The notes: a model not told the origin generated them from the letters alone. Positions 9,953 through 19,797 are shown, numbered from the stretch's first letter. The stretch: DNA of 64,000 bases from Patescibacteria group bacterium UBA926 (GCA_002293685.1 DBDS01000007.1:40140-104139); one strand, 5' to 3'. Translations and numbers: made by a program.

Positions 9953-10112
9953 GGTAGAGGTCGTCTGAACGGCTGGAAAACTTATTTGGCTTTAATAAGA
10001 GAGCTGTATTTATGCCTGACGCGGATGGGTCCCTTGCAGGGTTGAAAACCCAATTAATCTTAAATCGGCAGATTCATGATATAATTTTATCGTAATATTA
10101 AAATTACCAAAT

Positions 10113-10820
10113 ATGCAGAAGGTGGCTTACGGAATCCTATTCTTCATAATAGGGTTGATTGGTTCGATTATACTCTTGCTAATAGTTAGCAACAAGTTGG
10201 ATACAAATTTGGGAGATATTCCATTTTTCATACTATCCTTTGTAGGTGCAATTCTGTTCTCAATTGTTGGCATAAAAAATACAGGTTATAAAGAAAGTAT
10301 TCATGCTAACATGGCATTTACAATCTTGGGAATATTATTAGGAATAATAGTCTCCTCCTTAATTGCGAACTTAATCTATGGTTCGTTTCCAAGTGTTATT
10401 GATAAGTATCCGTATTTTTATTTTGGTTTACTATTGCTGATTTGGGTGTTAGGTGCTTTGCTTGGCCATTGGGTGGGCAATCAGTATAATGCTATAAAAT
10501 TGGAACAAGGTGTTCAAAAGCAAAGTAAATTATCTAAATTCTTTTCTTATTATGTTTTTTCAGCAAAAAGGGTTGAAGGTAACTACATAATCTACGAAGT
10601 TGATACTAAACGCTATCGTCAATTCACTATTATGCTTTTAATAGTTGGGGTGACACAATATTTTGCGGGGATTAAGTATGTTTGGTTCACTGTATTGGTT
10701 ATAATTATTGATTTAAGTATCGGAAGTGTTACAAAACTGAACGATAGCTTAAGGGCTATTTCCAGGAAGAAAATAGTCAAAGAGAATGGCATTATAGAAT
10801 ACTGGTACGAAGTCGAGTAA
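10113..10820 (+). CDS. Hypothetical multi-pass membrane protein
   Basis: 235-aa AT-rich ORF with about 6 TM segments. Confidence 0.6.
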   Translation: MQKVAYGILFFIIGLIGSIILLLIVSNKLDTNLGDIPFFILSFVGAILFSIVGIKNTGYKESIHANMAFTILGILLGIIVSSLIANLIYGSFPSVIDKYPYFYFGLLLLIWVLGALLGHWVGNQYNAIKLEQGVQKQSKLSKFFSYYVFSAKRVEGNYIIYEVDTKRYRQFTIMLLIVGVTQYFAGIKYVWFTVLVIIIDLSIGSVTKLNDSLRAISRKKIVKENGIIEYWYEVE

Positions 10821-10942
10821 AGTAATCAAGTCAGAAAAGTTTTCATTCTCTTTTGGTCTACTCGAAATTGCCGTTTTGGAAAACTAATCCTTGACCAATA
10901 AAACCAAACTAAAAACCCCATTCTGGGGAATGAGGTTGTTAG

Positions 10943-10961
10943 TGGTAGCGCTACGGGGAAT
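10943..10961 (-). repeat. att site: duplicated 3' end of tRNA-Glu
   Basis: TGGTAGCGCTACGGGGAAT is identical to 31811-31829. Confidence 0.85.
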
Positions 10962-11289
10962 TCCGCCTCACCGCGCTGCTGCGCGGCTCGTTGTTCGGGG
11001 TTGCGAGAAACTGCTCCCAGCAGTTTCTCGATCGCTCGGTTTCAGTTTTCTCTGCTAGATACAACTTCACCTCGCTTCAACCCGTTCGATTCCTCTATAC
11101 CAATACCATAATAAAAACCCGAAGCAAGTTCGAGTTTTTATTATGGTAGTGATACCGCGTCTAGAACTGCCCAGATGGGGGAATTACAAGGGGTTTCAAG
11201 CATTCCCAGTATGGACGCTGCGACGCATCCGAGTCTGCCGTATAAATGCTACAAATGAGACATTATAAAAGCTATATAAGACTGTCTCA

Positions 11290-13503
11290 TTATATAATTT
11301 TTAAGCATTCGAAGAATTCGACAAGTATTGCTTTGATATCACCATCTGAAGCGGTTGAAGTGTTGTCATGAAGTTCAATTTGAAGGCTATCACATAATCT
11401 AATAAATCTTGTTTTCTTCGCAGGATCCCCATCGAATACCTTTATAGAAAATGTACGAACACTTTTTCTTTGAGCCAATTCGTCTTTTATATCGAAGTAG
11501 TACTTCCTTTTAAATATATTTTCTAAAATTATACGACAGTCATCTGCATATTTTTGATCAAAGCTTTCGTTAGCTAAAATATTTTGGACACGTTTTAGTC
11601 GATCAATAATATCATCATCTGGAAAATCTTGATCAATATCACAATATTCTATTTCGCTTTGTTTTGTGCCATCCGATATTTTTGAAGAGATTTTTAAAGT
11701 CTGAGCATTAGATAGTTCGGGGAGTTTTTTAAAATCCTTATAGAATTCTTTTTCATGAGTCAGAATAATCTTTTGTTTAGGTGTGTCAGTTCCATTAGAA
11801 ACGTCTGCTATAAAATGAATGGTTTTCATTTTTCTTTCTCTGTCAAAGCTTGAAAGAGGATCATCGAAAACTACAATCTTATTTTTTAGATCTTGATCAT
11901 GGCTTAAGATGGATAAGAAGAATGCAAAGGCTAAAAGACGCTTATCGCTTTCACTGAATGTGTTATGAAAGGATGGGGAATCTTCAGTGTCACCGTCTAT
12001 TGTGATTGAATGTTCGTTGAAGAATCGAATGGCGAAGATTCTTTCTTTTTGGTTACGCAATTTCTTTAGGGGTACAAAATCGATTATTTCGAAATCTGCA
12101 CCAAGTTGGGAACAAAATGAATTAATAGTACCTTTATGTTCACTAAAGATTGTAGTTGAGTATTCTTCCAGTTCTTTTCTTTGGAGATCGCGCTTGTAAC
12201 GCAACTCATTAGCTGTTTTCTCTATTTGTGCGCTACTGTCAAAGAATTCTACCCACTCTGGTTCGAATCTCTTTTTAATATTTTCTAAATCAATCTTTTC
12301 GTCCCGAAGTTGTTTTATATCTATGGCGCCAGGCTCCGCTACACTTGCTTGCAAGTTTTTTATGTCTCCTAAAATTCTACTGAATTCGCTCTTGATGAGA
12401 ACAAAGTCAGGATTTTCTGCGCAATTCACAATCAAATTTAAGTTTTTTTGTTTAGCCTCAACTATAAGGTCGAATCTTTTTTTAGCAGAGACTATCTCTT
12501 GTTTTTGGGTTTCGGTGATATTTAAGGTGACGCCAATTTGTTTAAACTCAGTAATAGTTTTATCCAGCACACTTTCTATATCCCATCTAAGAAAGCTATT
12601 ACCCGTAGTTTCTATCTCATTTCTTAATGCTTCATATTCTTCACGAAATAGCTCCTTGTATGATTTAATTAAATCTTGTGCTTCGCTTAAAAGCGCTTGT
12701 CCACAAAAAACACAATTTGTTGCATTCTCACCCAATAGCTCAACTCCTTCTTTCAAAAATTGTTGCGAGTGGAATTTGTCTTTCCAGTGTTTTGATATAT
12801 GCTCTTCTACTGCATCTTGTTTAGCATCAAAAGTCTTATCAAAAGTAGTTTCATAAGAGATGAAGTCGGTATTAAAAACATTGTTCCTGACTAAGTTGTT
12901 AAATTGAACCTGTTCGTCGAAAAATTTGATTTTTTCGTCTAAGACTTTAATATGTTCATCAATATCAGGGTCGTTCTCAACAGCACCCAATTTCTTAAAA
13001 TCTGCTCCTGGAAAGCTTCTAGAAAATTCTGTAGTTTTAGCACTTTTCTGTGCGGTTAATTTATCAGATTCTATCTGTAGATCGTTGATCTGTTTCTGAA
13101 GCAATTTACCTCGTTCGCCAATAATAATTTCATTTAAGTTTTTTTGATGCTCAAAAGAAATCTGTTCGCCATCAAATATATTTTCAGCTATAAATTTAGT
13201 ATCAAAAATATGGATGTCTCTGTTCTGATTATTCCATTTTCCATTTTGAAAAAGATATGAGGTTTTTATTCCCCCATCTTCAAAGTCTAAAGATATTTTT
13301 TGATCATCCGTTGATCCAAAACTTCTCCTGCTGATGACTAAATTTCCGACCCCAGTCTTGAGAGAGCGGAGGATGGCAGTAAAGGTGCTTTTGCCACAAG
13401 TATTGTGAGCAAATATCAAAGTATTTATACCAAACTCCTGACCAGGCGGATGACTGTCTCTAAATTTCCCTACATTTTTTATGTTTTGAATTCTTTTAAG
13501 CAT
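11290..13503 (-). CDS. AAA_13 / RloC-like SMC-type ATPase with zinc hook and C-terminal HEPN-like domain
   Basis: Walker A AHNTCGKST, coiled coils around CVFC, signature FSESDK, Walker B VVFDDPLSSFD, H-loop ILTH, C-terminal CRIILENIF. Confidence 0.75.
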   Translation of the reverse strand: MLKRIQNIKNVGKFRDSHPPGQEFGINTLIFAHNTCGKSTFTAILRSLKTGVGNLVISRRSFGSTDDQKISLDFEDGGIKTSYLFQNGKWNNQNRDIHIFDTKFIAENIFDGEQISFEHQKNLNEIIIGERGKLLQKQINDLQIESDKLTAQKSAKTTEFSRSFPGADFKKLGAVENDPDIDEHIKVLDEKIKFFDEQVQFNNLVRNNVFNTDFISYETTFDKTFDAKQDAVEEHISKHWKDKFHSQQFLKEGVELLGENATNCVFCGQALLSEAQDLIKSYKELFREEYEALRNEIETTGNSFLRWDIESVLDKTITEFKQIGVTLNITETQKQEIVSAKKRFDLIVEAKQKNLNLIVNCAENPDFVLIKSEFSRILGDIKNLQASVAEPGAIDIKQLRDEKIDLENIKKRFEPEWVEFFDSSAQIEKTANELRYKRDLQRKELEEYSTTIFSEHKGTINSFCSQLGADFEIIDFVPLKKLRNQKERIFAIRFFNEHSITIDGDTEDSPSFHNTFSESDKRLLAFAFFLSILSHDQDLKNKIVVFDDPLSSFDRERKMKTIHFIADVSNGTDTPKQKIILTHEKEFYKDFKKLPELSNAQTLKISSKISDGTKQSEIEYCDIDQDFPDDDIIDRLKRVQNILANESFDQKYADDCRIILENIFKRKYYFDIKDELAQRKSVRTFSIKVFDGDPAKKTRFIRLCDSLQIELHDNTSTASDGDIKAILVEFFECLKII

Positions 13504-13598
13504 TGGTCAGGGTTAAATTAAGCTTATTTTAGCACTTTTATGTACTTCTGAATAGATTACATAAGTTCAAATAATAAGGTAAAATAAAGACAATATAT

Positions 13599-14204
13599 AT
13601 GAACAAAAAAGTAAAAAAGCCAGAATTTACATATCCTTTTAACGATAAAGAGCATGAAGAATCTCTTAAGTTTTTAGATATTCGTAGAATGAATATGGTA
13701 AGTCAACGTGGTTCTAAAGTCGAACTAACGGAAACCATGTATCACAGTAGTAAATATCACAAACTTGAGCTGAAAGAAACAATTTACATAAAGAAAAGTG
13801 AAAGTAAGAATTTAGGCGAAATTTTATATCTCCGTCCCCATAATCAAGTAAAGGGTCAAAAATACTTAGTGTTTGCAGTAAATATCAAGAAGGATGGTAA
13901 AGTATATTTTGCTCGAGAAACAATTCTTGAGAAAGTGGCAGAGTTCTCTAATGACCAATGGATGATCATAAAGACGTTTTATGAATCAAAAAACGTTTCG
14001 CTAAAGGACGCACTAGAAATTATTAGCCGCCATACAGGTGGGGTATATAATACCACCGGATCGCTGAGGTCAACTATTAATAAGATCAACCGTAAAATAA
14101 AGAGTGCATTCAAGTTAACAGAAAACGATAAAATGATAAGTGGTGAACAAGGCAGTGGTTACTCTTTTAATTCACATATCCGCTTAAATGTAATTGAAGA
14201 TTAA
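13599..14204 (+). CDS. Hypothetical protein with probable C-terminal winged-helix DNA-binding domain
   Basis: SLRSTINKINRKI...ISGEQGSGYSFN resembles an OmpR-type wHTH recognition helix and wing. Confidence 0.5.
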   Translation: MNKKVKKPEFTYPFNDKEHEESLKFLDIRRMNMVSQRGSKVELTETMYHSSKYHKLELKETIYIKKSESKNLGEILYLRPHNQVKGQKYLVFAVNIKKDGKVYFARETILEKVAEFSNDQWMIIKTFYESKNVSLKDALEIISRHTGGVYNTTGSLRSTINKINRKIKSAFKLTENDKMISGEQGSGYSFNSHIRLNVIED

Positions 14205-14235
14205 TACTAATTAGGTGTAGTGGATAAATCTTCTT

Positions 14236-14261
14236 AAAAGCCTTATTTTAAAGGCTTTTTT
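14236..14261 (+). terminator. Intrinsic terminator
   Basis: AAAAGCCTT-ATTTTA-AAGGCTTTTTT. Confidence 0.55.
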
Positions 14262-14359
14262 GTTTGTTTTAATTTTTCTGGTTGCACGTTTCAATAACGT
14301 GCTTTTTGGTTATGCTGAATTTGATAAAGCTATCTACATTATTAATTAAAATAAATTTT

Positions 14360-15637
14360 ATGAGCAAGAAAATAATTTGGCATACGGAAAAGAGAGTAGT
14401 GAAAGACCTTATTCGATACGAGAAAAACCCGCGTAAACTTTCGTCCTCACAACTTGAAGGCTTGAAACGCAGTCTTAAGAAATTTGATGTTGCAGAGTTA
14501 CCATGTATTAACACTGACGGAACATTAGTAGTAGGGAATCAGCGCGTAATGGTGCTATCGCTTCTTGGGCGGGAAAATGAAGAAATAGAAGTGAGAGTCC
14601 CAAACAGATTACTCTCGGAAGCAGAATTTAAGGACTACCTTCTTACATCGAATCGCAGTGGCGGCACGTTTGACTACGAAAAACTTGCTGCGGATTTTGA
14701 TCTAGAAGAACTATTAACAGCAGGTTTTGATTCGTTAGATTTAAGTAATATCTTTGACGATAATCTGGAAATCAACGATGACGAATTCGATGAAGTCCGT
14801 GAGCTTGAGAAAGCAAAAACTACTGATATAAAGATTGGTAACATGTTTAGGCTAGGTAGGCATTTCTTAATCTGTGGAGATGCCCTTGATCCTAATACTG
14901 TTAAAAAACTCATGGGAGATGCTCGTGCCGACCTTATCGACACAGATTTGCCATACAATATAGGACTCTCCTATGATCGTGGTGTAAGTAACCACCGAAG
15001 CTTCGGCGGTTCTACAGACGATAGTAAACCTGACGAGCAGTACAAACAGTTCGTTAAAACGATTATGCAAAATTCATTATCTGTTGCTAAGAAAGATGCG
15101 CATTGCGCATGGTGGTGCGATGAACGATATGTCTATATTTTTCAGCAAATCTATAAAGAGCTTGGTATTGATTCCAAACGGCTTCTTATCTGGGTAAAGA
15201 ATAATCAATCGGTTACTCCTAAGAACGCATTTAATAAGATTACAGAGTTTGCAGTGTATGGCACTATCGGCAAGCCTTGGCTGAATGACAAAGTAAGAAA
15301 CTTGCACGAGGTTCAAAACAAAGAAATAACTACCGGCAATCGAGTTATCGAAGACATTCTTGATCTTATAAATATCTGGTTGGTTAAAAGAATACCAGGT
15401 TCAGAGATGGATCACCCAACAGAAAAAAGTCCGACTATTCACGAAAAGATTCTGCGCCGTTGTACTCGTCCTGGAGACATTGTTTTAGATATGACTGCAG
15501 GATCTGGAAGTATACTATCGGCTTGTGAGCAATTAAAACGAACTGCTTACGTGTGCGATTATGAACCTATTTTCTGTCAGTTAATAATTAATAGATTTAA
15601 ACAAATATCAAATGAAAAAGTTATCAAGCTCAATTAA
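14360..15637 (+). CDS. ParB-like N-terminal domain fused to an N4/N6 DNA methyltransferase
   Basis: YEKNPRKLS..VVGNQRV (ParB/Srx-like); DLPY catalytic motif, HPTEK, DMTAGSGS SAM motif; likely start is ATG 14360. Confidence 0.85.
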   Translation: MSKKIIWHTEKRVVKDLIRYEKNPRKLSSSQLEGLKRSLKKFDVAELPCINTDGTLVVGNQRVMVLSLLGRENEEIEVRVPNRLLSEAEFKDYLLTSNRSGGTFDYEKLAADFDLEELLTAGFDSLDLSNIFDDNLEINDDEFDEVRELEKAKTTDIKIGNMFRLGRHFLICGDALDPNTVKKLMGDARADLIDTDLPYNIGLSYDRGVSNHRSFGGSTDDSKPDEQYKQFVKTIMQNSLSVAKKDAHCAWWCDERYVYIFQQIYKELGIDSKRLLIWVKNNQSVTPKNAFNKITEFAVYGTIGKPWLNDKVRNLHEVQNKEITTGNRVIEDILDLINIWLVKRIPGSEMDHPTEKSPTIHEKILRRCTRPGDIVLDMTAGSGSILSACEQLKRTAYVCDYEPIFCQLIINRFKQISNEKVIKLN

Positions 15638-16370
15638 ACTTGGAAACACTTTTCGCTTAGGGTCGCACTTGCTGTTTTGCGGCGATTCTCGAAATAAAGA
15701 AATGGTTGCAAAGCTTATTGGCAAATATAAAATCAAAGCAGTTATCACTGATCCTCCCTACGGTGTTGCAGTCACGGAAAGCAAGGAAAAATTCCAAGCC
15801 CTCTCTAAAAATAAACCCATTCTAAACGATCACTTGCAGAGTGATGAAGAGTACCAAGTCTTTAGCCGTGAATGGATTGAAGTTATAACCCCATACCTTG
15901 AACTTAAAAATAGCTTCTACATTTTTAACTCAGATAAAATGGTTTTTGCTTTACGCGAAGGTATGTTAAACGCAGGTATTAAACTTGCGCAGCTTCTAGT
16001 CTGGGTAAAAACCCAAGCAGTTATTGGAAGAATGGATTATGCACCTCAGCATGAATTAATTGCATATGGATGGCTTGGTGTGCATGAGTTTCTTAAATCT
16101 AAAGATAAAAGTGTACTAGTATGTCCGAAACCAAACAAAAGTAATATGCATCCTTCTACTAAACCTTTAGATTTGATCCGTAGACTTATCCTTAATAGCA
16201 CTCGCATTGGCGATATAGTCTTTGACGGCTTTCTTGGGAGTGGCACTACCTTGCTTGCCTGCGAACAGACAAAGCGAATCTGTATCGGTGTAGAAATGGA
16301 TACCGAGTATTGCCAAACTATAATAGATAGGTTTGAAAAATTAACTGGCGTAAAAGCAGAAAAGTTATGA
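15612..16370 (+). CDS. N4/N6 DNA methyltransferase (beta class)
   Basis: DPPY, HPSTKP, FDGFLGSGTT. Confidence 0.9.
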   Translation: MKKLSSSIKLGNTFRLGSHLLFCGDSRNKEMVAKLIGKYKIKAVITDPPYGVAVTESKEKFQALSKNKPILNDHLQSDEEYQVFSREWIEVITPYLELKNSFYIFNSDKMVFALREGMLNAGIKLAQLLVWVKTQAVIGRMDYAPQHELIAYGWLGVHEFLKSKDKSVLVCPKPNKSNMHPSTKPLDLIRRLILNSTRIGDIVFDGFLGSGTTLLACEQTKRICIGVEMDTEYCQTIIDRFEKLTGVKAEKL

Positions 16371-16804
16371 GTAGGAAAGACACTATTAAGCAGCGGCAGA
16401 ACAAACTCAAAGAAGCATTTCTGACTCAGCTTAAACGTTCACCGACCATTGAAACATCTTGTCAGAAAATCGGCATTGCTAGAGCCACAGTCTATCGCTG
16501 GATAACTGCCAGTGAAAAATTTGAGCGGCAAGTTGATAAGGCTCTACATGAAGGTCGAACGTTTATGTCAGACATTGCCGAAAATCAACTCTTCTCCCTT
16601 ATTAGTGATAAGAAAATTGAAGCAATTAGGCTTTTCCTTTCTACACATAATCCTCGCTATAGTAATAAGCTTGAATTATCCGGATCAGTCGCAGCTAAAG
16701 ATGAAAAGCTCACCAAAGAACAGAAGAAATTGATTCGCGCTGCTCTCAAACTTTCCTCTCTAAACAAACATGAAAACAAAAGTAGAAAAAATAAACAGCC
16801 TTGA
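16367..16804 (+). CDS. HTH protein, putative terminase small subunit
   Basis: IETSCQKIGIARATVYRW HTH; directly upstream of and overlapping TerL. Confidence 0.6.
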   Translation: MSRKDTIKQRQNKLKEAFLTQLKRSPTIETSCQKIGIARATVYRWITASEKFERQVDKALHEGRTFMSDIAENQLFSLISDKKIEAIRLFLSTHNPRYSNKLELSGSVAAKDEKLTKEQKKLIRAALKLSSLNKHENKSRKNKQP

Positions 16805-18233
16805 GTCAGTATTAGAAAAAATCTTGGTTGATAAAACTGTTCGTACTAATACTGTTACGAAAAGTCTTGAATACTTTTTCCCTATTTACTTTCATCGGTA
16901 TATGGAATACGAGACTGCGCCTTTTCATGAAGATATGTTTCGTATTCTTGAAGATGACCAGATTAAACTGGCAGTTATTGTGGCCTTTAGGGGATCAGCT
17001 AAATCAACTATCATTACTACTGCCTATGTCTTGTGGTCTATTTTAGGTGTGCAGCAACGGAAGTTCATCGTCATTTGCGGACAGACCGAGCAAAAGGCTC
17101 GCCAGTATTTGTTAAACATAAAAAATCAACTACTGCACAATGAACTACTACGAAAAGATCTTGGTCCCTTTGAAGAAGAAAAGAATAACTTAGGTAATGC
17201 AACAGCTTTAATTATCAAAAGATTGAATGTCAAAATAATGATTAGTTCGGTTGAGCAAAGCATTCGCGGAATGAGACATGATGAGCATCGCCCTGACCTT
17301 ATTATTTTAGATGACATTGAAGACATTAATTCAGTGAAGACCCGCGAAGGCAGAGATAAGGCATTTAACTGGCTCACTGGCGAAGTGATTCCTGCGGGTA
17401 GCAAACGCACTCGCATCATTGCAGTTGGTAATTTGTTGCATGAAGATTCAGTCTTAAAGAGGTTGCAGAAAAAAATTGAAGGCGGTGAAATGGAGCGAAT
17501 GCGGGGCGTGTATCGAGAATATCCTATTGTCGATGCCAAAGGAAATGCACTCTGGCCAGGAAAATATCCGACTGCTGAAGATGTAGAAATGGAGCGAGAG
17601 AAAACTATGAACGAAGTGGCATGGTATAGAGAATATATGCTGCAGATTATTACGACCGATGAACAAATAGTAATACCTGAATGGATTCACTTTTATGACA
17701 ACATGCCAGCTGATGGACTACGCAGTATTTGTATCGGTGTAGATCTTGCTGTCAGTGAAAAGAGTTCAGCTGACTGTACTGCCATAGTTGTTGGGTATGT
17801 ATTCGGTACAGGTAAAAACTTGAAGATATATATTCAAGAACACCCGTATAATAAGCGGTCGTCGTTTCCCGTTCATGCAGAATATATTAAAGGACTAGTA
17901 GCTAGAGAAAAAATGATGCATTCTCGAGTGAAGTTATATATTGAAGATGTAGGGTATCAAAAAGCTCTCATTCAATATTTTGAAAGCAAGAAATACGATG
18001 TTGAAGGCGTGCCAACCGGCAGAACAGACAAAGCAGCAAGACTTCGCCTAACTACTCCACTACTTAAAGATGCTAGAGTCTTATTCCCTGAAAAAGGTGC
18101 CGAGGAGTTAATTGATCAGCTACTAGGTTTTGGGAAAGAAAAACATGATGACCTGGCAGATGCATTTGCCATATTAGCTTTGAAGATTATTGAGAATAAT
18201 CCTATCCAATCTACAGGGATTCTTATTGGGTAA
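16770..18233 (+). CDS. Phage terminase large subunit
   Basis: Walker A FRGSAKST, Walker B LIILDDIED, nuclease motifs IGVDLA and HDDLADA. Confidence 0.85.
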   Translation: MKTKVEKINSLESVLEKILVDKTVRTNTVTKSLEYFFPIYFHRYMEYETAPFHEDMFRILEDDQIKLAVIVAFRGSAKSTIITTAYVLWSILGVQQRKFIVICGQTEQKARQYLLNIKNQLLHNELLRKDLGPFEEEKNNLGNATALIIKRLNVKIMISSVEQSIRGMRHDEHRPDLIILDDIEDINSVKTREGRDKAFNWLTGEVIPAGSKRTRIIAVGNLLHEDSVLKRLQKKIEGGEMERMRGVYREYPIVDAKGNALWPGKYPTAEDVEMEREKTMNEVAWYREYMLQIITTDEQIVIPEWIHFYDNMPADGLRSICIGVDLAVSEKSSADCTAIVVGYVFGTGKNLKIYIQEHPYNKRSSFPVHAEYIKGLVAREKMMHSRVKLYIEDVGYQKALIQYFESKKYDVEGVPTGRTDKAARLRLTTPLLKDARVLFPEKGAEELIDQLLGFGKEKHDDLADAFAILALKIIENNPIQSTGILIG

Positions 18234-18250
18234 ATATTTTAAATTTTAGC

Positions 18251-18284
18251 TGGACTTTATAAGAGTTCAGCGGTACTGTTGTCC
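18251..18284 (+). promoter_or_regulatory. Element-specific promoter-like motif, copy 1
   Basis: TGGACT-17-TACTGT followed by GTCC; same layout as 19879-19911. Confidence 0.5.
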
Positions 18285-18327
18285 TTATGAATAATTAGAC
18301 ACAGAAAGGAGCTTGTAGAGAAAAACG

Positions 18328-18356
18328 TTGATTCTTAAGGAGAAAATCCGTATAAT
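18328..18356 (+). promoter_or_regulatory. Sigma70 promoter
   Basis: TTGATT-17bp-TATAAT. Confidence 0.65.
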
Positions 18357-18409
18357 AATAGTAACAATTTATTAAGTAGCCTAAACCGTTTTTATTGGCG
18401 GCATGGTGA

Positions 18410-18553
18410 AAAGCCCCATGGAAAATACTGAACCCTGCGTTCAGCGTCCTTCCATGGGCCATATCGGGAAACTGATATGGAAGCTTCGGCTTCAGCTGGC
18501 GTGGGGCTTTGTGTTATACAAAGCGTGAAGCCAGCAGAAAGACCCATGGAAAA
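18410..18553 (+). ncRNA. Structured 5' leader RNA of unknown class
   Basis: Stacked hairpins with GAAA and cUUCGg tetraloops; alternative pairings possible. Confidence 0.5.
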
Positions 18554-18555
18554 CA

Positions 18556-19500
18556 ATGAAACAATGTCCTTATTGCGCTGAAGAGGTGCAAGAAGCAGCG
18601 ATTGTCTGCAAACACTGCAAGAGAAGTTTATCAACCGCACCTTCTCCTGTAGTAAACCCTAATGTGCAAACCACTGGTACGGATTGGCTAAATATATTTA
18701 AATGGATTGGTATTGTCATACTGATAATCATGGCAATCCCTTTGTGGTTCATAAGTATCCCCACTCTTATTGGTTGGTACTTATTCAAGAAGAAGAAAAA
18801 CAAATTCAGCAAACGCACAAATATACTTATTACCGTAGGGGCGTTTGTAATATTTATTGTATTGTTCAGTGTTAATGAACACTCTAATAAACCACCAGAA
18901 ATAACTATTATAGAGCCGCAAGAACAATCTAGCGTACAAGCTGAGTCAGTAATCGTTAAAGGTACTGTTAACCCTGTAGATAGCACAATTAGCGTTAATG
19001 GGATTATTATCCCAATGGATAATGGAAACTTTACCTATGAGCTAGCTCTGAATGACGAAAGCAATACCGTCAATTTTATAGCAGCGCGAGAAGATAAAAC
19101 TACAGAAAAAACATTTGTAGTAAACCGGGTATTTACACCTGAAGAAATAGCAGCAAGAGAAGCTAAAAAACAGGCAGAGCTTGAAGCACAGAAGAAAGCT
19201 CAGGCAGAGGCTGAGGCTAAAGCTGTTGCCGAACAAGCTGCATATGACAGAAGTAAAGCAGGTCAGCTTTGCAAGCAACATATTGATTGGACTAAAGAAG
19301 ATTGCCAAAGAGTTGCTGACCGAAAAATTTGGGTTGGCATGACGTATGACATGCTAATTGCCTCTTACGGTGGTAAGCCAAGAAGTGCTAACCCTTCAAA
19401 CTACGGAGGCAAAACTCAGTGGCAATGGTGTTTTGATACCCTGAGCCCATCATGTTTTTACGACAACAATGATGATGGCATAATTGATAGCTATAACTAA
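18556..19500 (+). CDS. Zinc-ribbon membrane protein with Ig-like and coiled-coil regions
   Basis: CPYC..CKHC, two TM segments, Ig-like VIVKGTVNP..GNFTYEL, Ala/Glu/Lys-rich linker. Confidence 0.7.
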   Translation: MKQCPYCAEEVQEAAIVCKHCKRSLSTAPSPVVNPNVQTTGTDWLNIFKWIGIVILIIMAIPLWFISIPTLIGWYLFKKKKNKFSKRTNILITVGAFVIFIVLFSVNEHSNKPPEITIIEPQEQSSVQAESVIVKGTVNPVDSTISVNGIIIPMDNGNFTYELALNDESNTVNFIAAREDKTTEKTFVVNRVFTPEEIAAREAKKQAELEAQKKAQAEAEAKAVAEQAAYDRSKAGQLCKQHIDWTKEDCQRVADRKIWVGMTYDMLIASYGGKPRSANPSNYGGKTQWQWCFDTLSPSCFYDNNDDGIIDSYN

Positions 19501-19515
19501 ACATAATTTAAAGAA

Positions 19516-19797
19516 ATGGAAAATACAGAAAAGCAGTGTCCGTACTGCGCTGAAGTAATTAAAAAGGAAGCTGTCATTTGCAAACACTGCGGTCATGATT
19601 TACAGACTGGACAACCATCAGATTCGCTGAGGTTAGAAAATCGACCTGTGGTAGAAATAGTTAAACCTGCTAAAGCCGCGAGTACTATTAGTGATGGGGT
19701 AAAACTAGGTTGTGGGATGTTTATAATATTACCGATTATTATTGTAGTGATAATTATTGTGATTATAGCTATAGCCATGGCAGGAGCAGGAGCTTAA
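19516..19797 (+). CDS. Small zinc-ribbon membrane protein
   Basis: CPYCAE..CKHCG, paralogous to the upstream gene; C-terminal TM helix. Confidence 0.7.
   Translation: MENTEKQCPYCAEVIKKEAVICKHCGHDLQTGQPSDSLRLENRPVVEIVKPAKAASTISDGVKLGCGMFIILPIIIVVIIIVIIAIAMAGAGA

Noticed and set aside
10962-11102. Second intact tRNA or intron-containing tRNA-Glu
   Set aside because: Only the 19-bp 3' end and an isolated T-loop-like motif on the opposite strand are present; no cloverleaf could be built.
14360-16370. Classical type II/III restriction-modification system
   Set aside because: No adjacent restriction endonuclease or helicase; the MTases are of the phage ParB-associated type.
18526-18528. TGA recoding (genetic code 25)
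   Set aside because: Conserved genes such as uppP, csoR and hrcA end at TGA, and no housekeeping gene needs readthrough.
18430-18558. Group I intron restoring MENT-KQCPYC
   Set aside because: The U/G boundaries fit and the frame is kept, but 129 nt is too short and no P7 core is visible; kept only as a structured leader.
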